64,000 nt of DNA from Polyangiaceae bacterium (GTDB taxonomy: Bacteria > Myxococcota_A > Polyangia > Polyangiales > Polyangiaceae). Below are positions 27,291 to 36,972 of this stretch, piece after piece. The stretch covers positions 1 to 64,000 of the forward strand of contig JBILLK010000037.1 of NCBI GenBank assembly GCA_044376115.1, given 5' to 3'. The translations under genes and the position numbers were made by a program. Each line of letters opens with the position of its first letter. Position 1 is the stretch's first letter. Below the pieces are notes generated by a model, which was given only the letters and a program-made list of their open reading frames with translations, searched no databases and was not told the DNA's origin.

Positions 27291-27686
27291 ATGTCGGTGA
27301 TGTCAGCGCTCGAGCGTTACAAGTCAGTGCAGGTGAAAACCAGCACTCCGGGCGACCTACTAGTCATGTTGTTCGATGGCCTATTCAAGTTTCTTGATGA
27401 GGCTGCCGAAGCGGTGAGGCGGGATGACCGCGCACGCACCGGCGACAGGATCAGCCGAGCGCACGCCATTCTCGGAGAACTCGCGGCAACCTTGAACCGC
27501 AGTCACGCTCCCGAACTCTGTGAGAACTTGGAGTCGGTCTACTTTTTCTGCATGAATCGGCTCGTTGAGGCGAATCTCTATCGCGATGTTGACCGCATCT
27601 TGGAGGTGCGCCGTGTGCTCGAGCCGCTGCGGGATGGCTTCCGCGTAGCCGTCGCTGAAGCTGCACGTAAGCAGGCAAGCTCATGA
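27291..27686 (+). CDS. fliS: Flagellin chaperone FliS
   Basis: YKSVQVKTSTPGDLLVMLFDG, RAHAILGEL, ENLESVYFF...RLVEAN; follows fliD. Confidence 0.93.
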   Translation: MSVMSALERYKSVQVKTSTPGDLLVMLFDGLFKFLDEAAEAVRRDDRARTGDRISRAHAILGELAATLNRSHAPELCENLESVYFFCMNRLVEANLYRDVDRILEVRRVLEPLRDGFRVAVAEAARKQASS

Positions 27687-27955
27687 GAGTCTGGGGGGCT
27701 CCGGAGAATCCGTACTTGACTCGCGCACGGCCGCTCGAAGGGCCGAAGCCTCAGCTGACGACACCAGCCAAGGATGAGCAAGTGGGGAGTTCGCCCCGAG
27801 CATATGCTGACGTCGCAGTGCTGTCCCCAGCCGCTAGCGAGCGCTTGCCTGCAATTGATCAACAGAAGGTTGAACAGCTCAAGCAGCGCGTCGCGCAGGG
27901 TGAGCTATCCCCCAACGCCTCGGAGATCGCCGCGAAGATCGCGGAGGAGCTATAA
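27683..27955 (+). CDS. flgM: Anti-sigma-28 factor FlgM
   Basis: C-terminal IDQQKVEQLKQRVAQG...SEIAAKI matches the FlgM pattern; precedes flgN-flgK. Confidence 0.8.
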   Translation: MRVWGAPENPYLTRARPLEGPKPQLTTPAKDEQVGSSPRAYADVAVLSPAASERLPAIDQQKVEQLKQRVAQGELSPNASEIAAKIAEEL

Positions 27956-28291
27956 GTGGAAACGGAGAAACAGGTTCTTGAGCGAGCCAAACGGTTGCTC
28001 AACGAAGAACGCAAGGCGATACGTCTGCTCGACATCGGAGAAGTTGAGCGGCTGTCTCACGAAAAGCAGGAAGTGTTCGATCAAATAGGTCATTTTGCCT
28101 CGCCCTCACAGCGCACTGATATTCTTCAGTTGCTCGAGGCGGCTCGGCATAACTGCCTATTGCTCGCTCACGCGCGTGATCTGACTGCGAGCGCACTTGC
28201 GGCGCTCGATCCTGCTCGGGCTGAGGTGGCTACGCTTTCGGGCGTGAAATCAGGCGCACGACGCGCAGTTCGGTTGTCGATTACGGGGTAG
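27956..28291 (+). CDS. flgN: FlgN-like export chaperone
   Basis: Helical, LLNEERKAI...EK...N..LL pattern; between flgM and flgK. Confidence 0.65.
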   Translation: METEKQVLERAKRLLNEERKAIRLLDIGEVERLSHEKQEVFDQIGHFASPSQRTDILQLLEAARHNCLLLAHARDLTASALAALDPARAEVATLSGVKSGARRAVRLSITG

Positions 28292-28293
28292 TA

Positions 28294-29676
28294 ATGAGTT
28301 CGCTTTCGTCGCTGATGTCCGTTGCGCGGGATGCGTTAACGGCCAATCAGGGTGCCCTCGATATCGTGGGCAAGAACATCACCAACGCCAATGTCCCCGG
28401 CTTCTCGCGGCGGACGGCGCTAATCGAAAATCAGGTCTTCGGTCGAGGTGGGCCAGGGAGTGTGCTCTTCAAGGGCCCCCAGCGCATGTTCGACCGTTTC
28501 GCCGAGAGTCGCCTATTGGGCGAGAGTAGCTTGTTGGGCGCAGCGCGTCTTCGCGCGGAGGGCCTGATGGGGCTCGAGGCGATGCTTGCTCCGCAGGGCT
28601 CGGGTAGCCTCGGCGGGCGCATGGGGGCGTTCTTTGGCGCCGCCACCGATCTAACGACGGGAGCCAATGACCCCACCAAGCGGGCGCAGTTCCTAGCGCG
28701 GGCCGAGGAGGTCGCGCAGTCGTTCCGCATCGCGGCTGAAGGCCTCAACGCTCGGCGCTCCGACCTGCAACAGCAGGCGGGCGACATCACGAAGGAGGTC
28801 AACTCGCGAGCGAAGGAGATTGCCGAGTTAAACGGTAAGATCGCCGAGGCAACTGCGCTCGGGGACCCGGTTCCCGACCTGCATGATCGTCGCGACCTAC
28901 TGGTGCGAGAGGTCTCCGAGCGTGCCCCGGTCGCGGTGGTGCGTGAGTCCAACGGGATGGTCAGCGTAAGTGCGGCTGGTGCGTCGCTGGTTTCTGGCAA
29001 AGAGAGCAGCAACCTCTCAGTGACGCTGGATGCCCAGGGCAAGCTCAAGTTCGAGATGCAGCGTGGAAACGGGACCCCGCTCGACATCACCTCGCGAATG
29101 ACCTCGGGTGAACTTGGTGGCATCGCCGAGGCGCGAGATATAGATGTAGCGGGAATGGTTACCGAGCTCGATCAGCTCGCATTCGACTTCGCCAGTTCAC
29201 TCAATACGGCGCACGCCGCTGGCTTTGGCCTCGATGGCGGCACCGGGCGTCCGCTCTTTACTCCGCCTGGCGCGGTAGCTGGTGCGGCCGCGACGATGAG
29301 CGTCTCGGCGCTCGTGCAGGGCCAACCGGACCGCGTCGCGGCGAGCGCGAGCGCGGCGGAGCTACCGGGTGGAAGTGGTAACGCGCTGCTCCTTGCATCT
29401 CTCTCTTCGACTCCGTTGGGGGCGGGTGGAACTCCTGGGGCGCGCTTTGGCGCGTTGGCCGGAAAACTCGGTACGCTGCAGAACTCCGCCTCGAATGCTC
29501 AATCCTTGCGCGAAGACACCGTCTCGATGGCGGAGACCATGCGCGAGCAGGCCAGCGGCGTTTCGATTGAGGAGGAGATGGTGGATCTGACCCGCTATCA
29601 GCGCGCGTTCGAGGCCTCGATGAAGGTCTTGCGTGTGGCCGATGAATTGCTGGAAGGCCTCATTCGAGGGGTCTGA
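28294..29676 (+). CDS. flgK: Hook-associated protein FlgK
   Basis: GKNITNANVPGFSR, IAELNGKI, DLHDRRDLLV, SGELGG, SGVSIEEEMVDLTRYQRAFEAS. Confidence 0.95.
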   Translation: MSSLSSLMSVARDALTANQGALDIVGKNITNANVPGFSRRTALIENQVFGRGGPGSVLFKGPQRMFDRFAESRLLGESSLLGAARLRAEGLMGLEAMLAPQGSGSLGGRMGAFFGAATDLTTGANDPTKRAQFLARAEEVAQSFRIAAEGLNARRSDLQQQAGDITKEVNSRAKEIAELNGKIAEATALGDPVPDLHDRRDLLVREVSERAPVAVVRESNGMVSVSAAGASLVSGKESSNLSVTLDAQGKLKFEMQRGNGTPLDITSRMTSGELGGIAEARDIDVAGMVTELDQLAFDFASSLNTAHAAGFGLDGGTGRPLFTPPGAVAGAAATMSVSALVQGQPDRVAASASAAELPGGSGNALLLASLSSTPLGAGGTPGARFGALAGKLGTLQNSASNAQSLREDTVSMAETMREQASGVSIEEEMVDLTRYQRAFEASMKVLRVADELLEGLIRGV

Positions 29677-29727
29677 GGCTGCTTCCGGGTATCCCGTGGC
29701 ACGCGAGACCTTCTCAGGAGGACTCAA

Positions 29728-30609
29728 ATGCGTGTCACGGATTCCATTCGTCAGGACAGGATGCGGCAAGCACAGGCACGTGCGAGCGAGAACGTCCTTT
29801 CCGCTACAGAAACAGCAGTTAGCGGTCTTCGCGTGCGTAGGCCCGAAGACGATCCAGCGGCTTTTGCCGCTGTTTCTGTTCATGACGCGGCGATAGCGCG
29901 ACTCTCTGCACGTCAAAAGAACCTGGAGACCGCCGCATCGAACGCGACGGCAGCCGAGTCCGCTCTTGCGCAGGCGTCGGACATCGTCGCTCGCGCTCGA
30001 GACCTCGCGGTCCAGCTTGCTGACGGTTCGATCTCCGCCTCCGAGCGCGCGACTGGCGCCAAGGAAGTGGCGGCTCTGCGTCAGGCGCTCGTCGGTGTGG
30101 CGAACACAAAGGGCTCCGCGGGCTATCTGTTCGCTGGCGCGAACGTCGACACCGCGCCCTTCAACTCGGCAGGGGTATTCAGCGGTAACGATGCCTCGCT
30201 AGCGGTTGAGGTCGGCGACAATTTGACGATGAGGTCCAACTCCTCTGGCGCTATGGCCTTCACCGCCGTCGGAGGACGCGACATCCTGCAGGATCTCGCT
30301 GATTTGGAGACCGCGCTAACCACCAATAATCTGACGGGTGTCCAGTTGGCCGTTAACACCATGGGCCAGGGGCACACCCAGGTCGTACGCGCCCGCGCCG
30401 ACGCAGGCGTCATTCTCGATAGGCTGAATATGGCGCAAGAACTGGCCTTTTCCGCGCTCAACGTCAGCGAGAAGGCCAAGCAGCATGAGTCGGAAGCCGA
30501 CATCACGGAGGCCTACTCCGAGCTCGTCTCCGCCAATGGGGCCTATGAGCGCGCGCTCGAAATTGCCCGGCGTTCGATGCAATCGTTCGACATCAAGAGC
30601 TTCGGCTGA
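29728..30609 (+). CDS. flgL: Hook-associated protein FlgL
   Basis: MRVT, SGLRVRRPEDDPAA, ANT...YLFAG, EADITEAYSEL; follows flgK. Confidence 0.92.
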   Translation: MRVTDSIRQDRMRQAQARASENVLSATETAVSGLRVRRPEDDPAAFAAVSVHDAAIARLSARQKNLETAASNATAAESALAQASDIVARARDLAVQLADGSISASERATGAKEVAALRQALVGVANTKGSAGYLFAGANVDTAPFNSAGVFSGNDASLAVEVGDNLTMRSNSSGAMAFTAVGGRDILQDLADLETALTTNNLTGVQLAVNTMGQGHTQVVRARADAGVILDRLNMAQELAFSALNVSEKAKQHESEADITEAYSELVSANGAYERALEIARRSMQSFDIKSFG

Positions 30610-30648
30610 GTTGGCATTCAATCTGCAAAGGCTGGGACCGGAGGCAAC

Positions 30649-30900
30649 ATGTTGGTGATTCACCGGAAAGTAGGCGAGCGAATCGTCCTCAGCGGGGGCA
30701 TCGAAGTAACGGTGGTCTCCACATCGCGAGGGGGTGTGCGACTCGCGGTGACTGCTCCAAGGGATGTCGTCATTGCGCGCGGGGAGGTTCACGACGCTGT
30801 CGCGTTCTCCAACGCGGCGGCAGCGGCGACTCGCACGTCAATATTTTCAACTGTGCTCAATCAAGATCAAGAACCGCGTCAATCGGAGGGACCACGATGA
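30649..30900 (+). CDS. csrA: Carbon storage regulator CsrA (flagellar, FliW-partnered type)
   Basis: MLVIHRKVGERI...VRLAVTAPRDVVIARGEV plus C-terminal helix SNAAAA. Confidence 0.9.
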   Translation: MLVIHRKVGERIVLSGGIEVTVVSTSRGGVRLAVTAPRDVVIARGEVHDAVAFSNAAAAATRTSIFSTVLNQDQEPRQSEGPR

Positions 30901-31478
30901 TTCATCTCACGAACACCCGCTTTGGAAACATCAGCATCGAGGATAGTGCTGCTATCGAGTTCCCGAGGGGGATTATTGGATTCTCCGAGGAGACCCAGTT
31001 TGCCATTCTCGAGCGAGCCAACGGGCCGATTGCTTACTTGCAATCGCTCCGCAACCCCAAGCTCGCTCTGCCCATCCTGGACGCAAGTCTGCTCAAGCCG
31101 GACTACCCGGAAGGCTCGCGTATGGAGCTCGCGAATACGGTCGGTACCAACGTCGACAACCTCGCGATCCTCGTGGTGGTCCACGTCGATAAGTCCGACG
31201 GCAGCCTGCGGGCCAATCTGCTCGCCCCGATCGTCGTCGACTCCGACGCACGCAAGGCTTGGCAGGTCATTTTGGACCCGGAGAAGTACAGCGCTACGAC
31301 GATGCTCTCTGGTCCGAAGGACAATGCCTCGCCCAAGTATTCAACCGATAACTCGGCCGATATGACGGGTACGCCGGAGGCCACGGATTGCGCCGTGACC
31401 AACACGAGCGACCGCACGAATACGTTTGCCGACACGCGCGATAACGCCGTCGTTACGAGCGTGGGACTGAACCAGTAG
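30897..31478 (+). CDS. fliW: Flagellar assembly factor FliW (with ~50-aa polar C-terminal extension)
   Basis: TRFGNI, IEFPRGIIGF, YLQS, ANLLAPIVV...AWQVIL; ATGA overlap with csrA. Confidence 0.92.
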   Translation: MIHLTNTRFGNISIEDSAAIEFPRGIIGFSEETQFAILERANGPIAYLQSLRNPKLALPILDASLLKPDYPEGSRMELANTVGTNVDNLAILVVVHVDKSDGSLRANLLAPIVVDSDARKAWQVILDPEKYSATTMLSGPKDNASPKYSTDNSADMTGTPEATDCAVTNTSDRTNTFADTRDNAVVTSVGLNQ

Positions 31479-31493
31479 CAAGTCCGCGCTCGT

Positions 31494-31526
31494 CCAGCCC
31501 AGCGCCTCATTCTGAGGCGGGGCTGG
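31494..31526. terminator. Hairpin closing the flagellar operon (between convergent genes)
   Basis: CCAGCCC-AG-CGCCTCA-TTC-TGAGGCG-GGGCTGG. Confidence 0.55.
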
Positions 31527-31570
31527 GGGGGACGATGGAAAGCGCTACTTCAGTAGCTGCGCGTTGGAGG

Positions 31571-33532
31571 TTACTTCGTGGCACAGCGGAAGCCGATTGT
31601 GTGGCTCGTGGCTGTGCGCCGTAGCGTGGTCGGCTCCACGAAGTGCTCATAACGGTTGGAGAGGTAGGACCCTCCGCGCGCAGTCGCTACGTTCTTGTCG
31701 GGGGTGGTCACCCACTCCGAGAGATTGCCGATGAGATCCTGGACGCCAAAGCTGCTGGCTCCCGCAGGGAACGAGCCCGGCGCGGCGGCCTTCGGGTGGC
31801 CATCGGAGTTCTCATAGAGATGCTTGACGAATACACCGTTAGCAAACGCCCAGGTCTCGCACTCTTCGCCGCAGGCATTGACCCGTTGGGCAGAAGGGGG
31901 CTCCATTCCCCAGGGATACGGGGTGTGACCGCCGTTCCGCGCTGCGAAGAGCCATTCGACGCTCGTGGGTAGGCGGAGCCCTTTCCACCCGCAGTAGGTC
32001 TCGGCGGCTGCGATGTCGACGCAGTTGACCGGCATCGTCGGCGCGTCTGGGTCCCTATTGCATAGGCCCTGATAACGCCCTGCCAAGTCGGGCCGGAGCC
32101 CGTCGTAAGCCACGACGCCCGCCAGTGGAGGGCACTTATGGTCGTCCACACAACGCAGGTATTCGCCTACTGTTGTTTCATGGACATCAATACATAACCC
32201 ACCTTCAAGTAGGGCTTGCCCTGGCTTGCATGACCCCTGGTTTACAGCCGCAGTCACGGGCGCCGCAGATGGTCGAACCAACTTGGGGGGTGAGGTCGGC
32301 TCGTCGTCGAGCAACTCGAGCGGGTCAGCTTGCGGTGCCGAGCTGACGGTTACACTGACTGCGGCTGCGGTGGTCGGCGGAGCCGGCTGCTTGACGCTGG
32401 CTGTTTGCTTCGCTGGCGCTTGACGCTGCCGAGTCATCGCGAACGCCCCTAGCCCACCGATGCTACCAGCAGCCACGCCAGCGCCGACGATGAGCAGCGC
32501 TGCGCTTCGTAGTCTCTTGAGCGGGGTCTTTGGTATGGGGACGCTGGGGCTCGACAGCATGACGCCGTCGAGTTGACTCGAGCGTTGGGAGTCGTCGTTG
32601 CGCTCAATGGGGCGCTCGCTCGTCGCCGCGGGAGGCTTCGCCTCTCTCGGATAGGAGGCTATGGCTTCGCGCGCGGTCGCGTAGCGTTGGCCGATGTCGC
32701 GCTCCACACATTGAAGAAACCAGGCGTCGAAGCCTTCGGGCAGCGTCGCGGTAAGATTGAAGCGAGCGAGCCGTTCGGACGGCGGCTCGAGTGGCTCGAA
32801 GCAGACCTCTCGCAGCAAGGCGGGGACGCTGCCATTGTCTCCAGCGACCCAATAGGACCTACCTACCAATAGGAAGAACGCCAGGAGCCCCAATGACCAG
32901 ACGTCGGCTGCGGCTGTGATATTGCCGTAAGCGTCTGTCTGCTCGGGGGCCATGTAGGCAGGCGACCCAACCGGCAGCGTCCCAGCTTGAGACGCGTTTT
33001 CGGTTAGGAGCTTGGCTACGCCAAAGTCCAGGATCTTCGCGCAGAGGACGGCGTCGCCGCGGCGGGAGGTAGCGAGAAATACGTTCTCAGGCTTGAGGTC
33101 GCGGTGGACGATGCCTTTTGCGTGCGCTAGCGAGAGCGCGTGTCCGAGTTGCGACATCACGAGCTCGACTTCACTAATCGTCATAGGGCCGCCGCGCTCG
33201 ACGCGGTCTGCGAGGTCTTCACCACGCAGCAGCTCCATTACCAAGTAAGGAGTGGAGGTCGCCTCATCGATCCCACCGCAAACGATCTCGACTACGTGAT
33301 CGCTGTCGATGGCGCTGGCTGCTTGCGCCTCTCTGACGAAGCGTTCGCGAATATCGGGATGGTCCGCAAGGCTTGGCGCGAGTAGCTTGAGGGCGCGTTG
33401 TTTCGCCGTTGAGACTTGCTCAACGATGAACACCGAGCCCATGCCCCCGGATCTAAGCCTACGTAGGATGCGAAAGTCCTTCGCAAATACGCTGCCCACT
33501 TCGACGTCGGTTTGGATGTCCACGGTCGCCAT
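31571..33532 (-). CDS. Ser/Thr kinase fused to an extracytoplasmic FGE-sulfatase (SUMF1) domain
   Basis: GGMGSV, HRDLKPEN, DFG, YMAPE; TM; PVNCVD, RLPTSVEW, YPWG, DLIGNLSEWV, IGFRC. Confidence 0.93.
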   Translation of the reverse strand: MATVDIQTDVEVGSVFAKDFRILRRLRSGGMGSVFIVEQVSTAKQRALKLLAPSLADHPDIRERFVREAQAASAIDSDHVVEIVCGGIDEATSTPYLVMELLRGEDLADRVERGGPMTISEVELVMSQLGHALSLAHAKGIVHRDLKPENVFLATSRRGDAVLCAKILDFGVAKLLTENASQAGTLPVGSPAYMAPEQTDAYGNITAAADVWSLGLLAFFLLVGRSYWVAGDNGSVPALLREVCFEPLEPPSERLARFNLTATLPEGFDAWFLQCVERDIGQRYATAREAIASYPREAKPPAATSERPIERNDDSQRSSQLDGVMLSSPSVPIPKTPLKRLRSAALLIVGAGVAAGSIGGLGAFAMTRQRQAPAKQTASVKQPAPPTTAAAVSVTVSSAPQADPLELLDDEPTSPPKLVRPSAAPVTAAVNQGSCKPGQALLEGGLCIDVHETTVGEYLRCVDDHKCPPLAGVVAYDGLRPDLAGRYQGLCNRDPDAPTMPVNCVDIAAAETYCGWKGLRLPTSVEWLFAARNGGHTPYPWGMEPPSAQRVNACGEECETWAFANGVFVKHLYENSDGHPKAAAPGSFPAGASSFGVQDLIGNLSEWVTTPDKNVATARGGSYLSNRYEHFVEPTTLRRTATSHTIGFRCATK

Positions 33533-33653
33533 TCCTGGAGCAAGACGCGCGCCGGTTTTTTGACGCTACTGCGTAACGATGATCCTGCTGAAATCAGGCG
33601 TTCTCGTCGCGTTCTCCCTTCACGCGGCGGTCCCAGTATGAGACGCGAGAGAC

Positions 33654-34940
33654 GTGAGTAAGTCCCTTCGTAGGTTGGTATTGGGTTCTGTCCTAGCTTC
33701 GCTGTCGTGCGCCGCTGGTAACGATGGGACGGCGGGCGAGGGGGGGACGGGCGGTGAGCTGCCTTGGACTACATCAACCGGTGCAGGCGGTGCTGGTGGG
33801 GCAGGCGGGGCTGCAGGCGCAAACGGTGGAGGCGGCGCCAGCGGCGGCATGTCAGCGGGTGGCGGCGGTGAGGCGGGCGGCGGGCTCGGAGGTGACGGTG
33901 GCGCAGGCGGTGCCGCAGGAGGCGGCGGAGCTGGAGGGCAGGGCGGTGCGGCTTCGGGTGCGCTAGTGGCCATCGGCCTGCGAACAAGCGGCGTCACGCT
34001 AAGTCATTTCAACCCTAGTTCGGAGGATTGGACGGTTGAGGAGTTTCCGGCACAGCCCTCGGCCTCGCCAGCGGTCGCGCTGCGTGGCGTGACGGACGGC
34101 CTTGCGGCCTTTCGCAACTCGGGCCAGCTCTTCTATGCCCCGTTCGATTCGGGTGGTTGGGCAGCCCCGTTGGTTGTGGGAGCCGCCATCACGACACGTG
34201 CGACACCGGCCGTGTCGAGCGGTCCGGTGAACGTGAACGTGCTCTTCCACGGTGACGACTTCAAACACTACTACGGCGCCTTTGGGGCATCGTCGTTCAA
34301 CCCGGCTGCGGAGGCGGTCGGTAATCCGCAGAGCTTCGGCCCAGAGCCGCCGGCGGTGGTGTCGGTTGGGGATGAGGTGTGGGCGGCCTACACGGGGGAC
34401 AACGGTGACCTTTACACCCAGCGGCGCGTTGCGGGCGTTTGGCAGTCGGCTGTGGCGCAGGGGTTGGGCGGCACGGTTCGGCTTACGCCAGTTATGACGG
34501 TGCTCTCGAACGGGACGGTGCTGCTGGTCTTCAATCGAACGGGCGGTTCGGCCGTCTCGTTCCAGCGTTATTCGGGTGGGGCTTGGTCTGCGGTGGCAGA
34601 TGTGGCCTCGGTGTTGAGTGACTCGCCGGTGAGCCTTGCGTCGCTCCCTTCTGGAGGCGCTGCGCTTGCGTTTCGTGGGACCAACGGTCTCTCGTATGTG
34701 GCGTTGTTCAATGAAGGGACGAACAGCTTTGGTTTGCCCGTCTCGACGGGGTTGGGCTCCACGCCTAGCACGCCGAGTGTGACGGCAGGCTTGGGTGGTT
34801 TTGCGGTCGAGCTGCTCTATGTCGACGGTGCAAGTTCGCAAGTCCGCCACGCGCGCGGAAGCAGCACCTTGGTGTTCGGCGCGAGCGTTCCCGTAGGTGG
34901 AGTCGACGCCTTCGCTGTCGCAGCAGCCGTCGCACAGTGA
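33654..34940 (+). CDS. Gly-rich lipoprotein with repeated beta-propeller-like domain
   Basis: Signal ending SLSC, long GGAGG linker, repeats of the PAV...FxGxDG.Y...W type. Confidence 0.65.
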   Translation: MSKSLRRLVLGSVLASLSCAAGNDGTAGEGGTGGELPWTTSTGAGGAGGAGGAAGANGGGGASGGMSAGGGGEAGGGLGGDGGAGGAAGGGGAGGQGGAASGALVAIGLRTSGVTLSHFNPSSEDWTVEEFPAQPSASPAVALRGVTDGLAAFRNSGQLFYAPFDSGGWAAPLVVGAAITTRATPAVSSGPVNVNVLFHGDDFKHYYGAFGASSFNPAAEAVGNPQSFGPEPPAVVSVGDEVWAAYTGDNGDLYTQRRVAGVWQSAVAQGLGGTVRLTPVMTVLSNGTVLLVFNRTGGSAVSFQRYSGGAWSAVADVASVLSDSPVSLASLPSGGAALAFRGTNGLSYVALFNEGTNSFGLPVSTGLGSTPSTPSVTAGLGGFAVELLYVDGASSQVRHARGSSTLVFGASVPVGGVDAFAVAAAVAQ

Positions 34941-35150
34941 GACGCCGCTCCCTTGAACAATTTGGTTTGAGCCGCTCGTGGAACGAATGTCGGTAGCTGG
35001 GCGTCGTCCAACAGAACGACTACACTGTGCCCCAAAACCCCGACCCCTTTCTTCTCGGACCCCAGGTCGGGTCCGAAGAGGCTGCTTGACAAGCCGAACG
35101 TTTCGGCTCCGAATGGCGCCGCACAACCAGGTTTTTCTCGGAGGATTCTC

Positions 35151-35999
35151 ATGAAGGTTCGCGGATGGATCTTTGCTGCTCTCGCTCTCTCGTTGGCTGG
35201 ATGCCCTGAAAAGAAGGAAGAAAGCTCCGACGAGAAGGCGGACAAGAAGGAAAAGGACAGCAAGGACACCAAGTCGACGTCGACCGCCACAACGGAGACC
35301 GCAAAGCCGGCTGCTACTCCGCCTCCGGTAACCACTGAGACGGCGCCTGTTCCCCAAGGCATCGAGCCCCGAGTGAAGGCAGAGATCAACGAGCGTGCTG
35401 ACGGTATCGAGGGCAAGCCGATGTCTGGTCCCGGCGCCGTCGCGACGATCAATTCGCCGAAGGATTGGACGTTGGCTGCCGCCGACAACTCTGTATCCAA
35501 GTCCAAGGACGAGAAGGCGCGCGTCGCAACCACTGGGGTCGTGGGCGACCCGATGACCAAGATGACCGCGCTTTCAACGGCCGCAGGGCTTTCGGCCTGT
35601 GAGTTCGGCCCGGCCGAGCAGGTCACGGTCGGGAAAGACAAGCTCCCCGCCGTCGCTGCGGACGGTGTTTGCACCCGCGGCGCCGGTAAGGTGAAGGCTG
35701 CCTACATGACCGTCGGCAATCTGCTAGCGCTGGGCTCGTGGGACCAAGACGGTGACAGCGCCACCGTCTTCGGCGCGTTCCGCTCAGCAGCCAAGTCGGT
35801 TGGCGGAAAAGATGAGATCGGCGCTTGTTGCGCCGCTCTCGCGCAGAACGCCAAGTCCGCGCCTCCTCAGCAAATCCCGATGTACATGATGGCCGCAGGG
35901 ACCTGTAACAACCTGCGCAGCAACCCTCAAGGTCGCGCTGCACTCGGCCAGGTTCGCGCCGCGTTGGCCGGGGCGAACATCCCCGCCGCTTGCCGCTGA
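35151..35999 (+). CDS. Hypothetical lipoprotein
   Basis: SD GAGGA, lipobox LAGC, Lys/Asp-rich linker, C-terminal ACCAALAQNA...IPAAC domain. Confidence 0.75.
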   Translation: MKVRGWIFAALALSLAGCPEKKEESSDEKADKKEKDSKDTKSTSTATTETAKPAATPPPVTTETAPVPQGIEPRVKAEINERADGIEGKPMSGPGAVATINSPKDWTLAAADNSVSKSKDEKARVATTGVVGDPMTKMTALSTAAGLSACEFGPAEQVTVGKDKLPAVAADGVCTRGAGKVKAAYMTVGNLLALGSWDQDGDSATVFGAFRSAAKSVGGKDEIGACCAALAQNAKSAPPQQIPMYMMAAGTCNNLRSNPQGRAALGQVRAALAGANIPAACR

Positions 36000-36020
36000 G
36001 AGCGGCTCTGACAACGCCGC

Positions 36021-36869
36021 TCAGACGCTGTCATCGCAGCGAATTTGGACGGTGACTTGAAACGTCTTGTCGGTGATCTCCTGGGCTCCAATCGTGGGCG
36101 GTCCCAGGGGCTCACCGATTGCGCTTTCGAACGTTGCCCGCATCTCCCATGCGTCGGCGTCGAGAAGGATACCGCGGTCTTCGAGATCCTCGAGCGCCAA
36201 CAGGGCGTCGTTCGCGGCGAACTTGGTTTTCGGCAGTTGCCACGTCCAAACGACGGCTGGCCGGTGCAGGCGTTGTCTCGGTGACCGAAAGGCGACCTCT
36301 ACACGGTACGGCCGCGGCTCAATCACGCTGCTGCTTGAAACAAACGTTCGCGGATCATCCGCCAGCCGGGTTCGCAGGTAGGCGGAGGCTGCGCCGTTGT
36401 TGCTGAAGAGCCGGCTTTCGGTGCGGTCTCCAAGAGCAAACGTCCACAGCTTGCCGCGCAACCGTTTGCCGGGGGTGACGTCAACCGTTAGTCCCTCGCT
36501 TGCGGCGCGTTCAGAGGTCGCGAGGTTGGCCCAGTGCAAACACTCCTCGGTATCGAGCAGGCCACAGATGACCCACTGTTCTGCTACCCGAGGGCTGCTC
36601 GCCACTTCGATGGTTGTTTCGACGCGCTTTACGATTGTGCCGATCCAAGGTGCGGCACGCGCAAGCGTCTCGCGCGAACAAATCTTCGGTTCCGGGCTGT
36701 CGACGAGCCGGGTCTCCAGTTTCGAACTCGCCGGGATCGGAGCGGGCTCGGGAAGCCCTCGGCACGCCACCAGGAGCAGCAGTCCTGTCGAGAGCCGATT
36801 CAATTGCGCTTGCACGTCGAAGTCCGACATCCAAGGGACAAGCGAGTTCCGTTGCGCGAACGATAACAT
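36021..36869 (-). CDS. Hypothetical protein (possible lipoprotein)
   Basis: Fills the gap between neighbours; LLLLVAC lipobox-like; start uncertain. Confidence 0.5.
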   Translation of the reverse strand: MLSFAQRNSLVPWMSDFDVQAQLNRLSTGLLLLVACRGLPEPAPIPASSKLETRLVDSPEPKICSRETLARAAPWIGTIVKRVETTIEVASSPRVAEQWVICGLLDTEECLHWANLATSERAASEGLTVDVTPGKRLRGKLWTFALGDRTESRLFSNNGAASAYLRTRLADDPRTFVSSSSVIEPRPYRVEVAFRSPRQRLHRPAVVWTWQLPKTKFAANDALLALEDLEDRGILLDADAWEMRATFESAIGEPLGPPTIGAQEITDKTFQVTVQIRCDDSV

Positions 36870-36972
36870 CGCTCGCTGGTGTGCGTGCGTAGCTCACTGG
36901 ACGCCCTCACGTCCCCCAACGGAAGGCGAAGATCTCGAGCCGAAGCAGGCGTCCTCGGCTACTCTTCGGCTC

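Noticed and set aside
16058..31478. Recent horizontal acquisition of the flagellar block based on composition
   Set aside because: It looks slightly more A/T-rich at third positions by eye, but so does the adjacent kinase; no mobility genes or flanking repeats. Needs computed GC3/tetranucleotide profiles.
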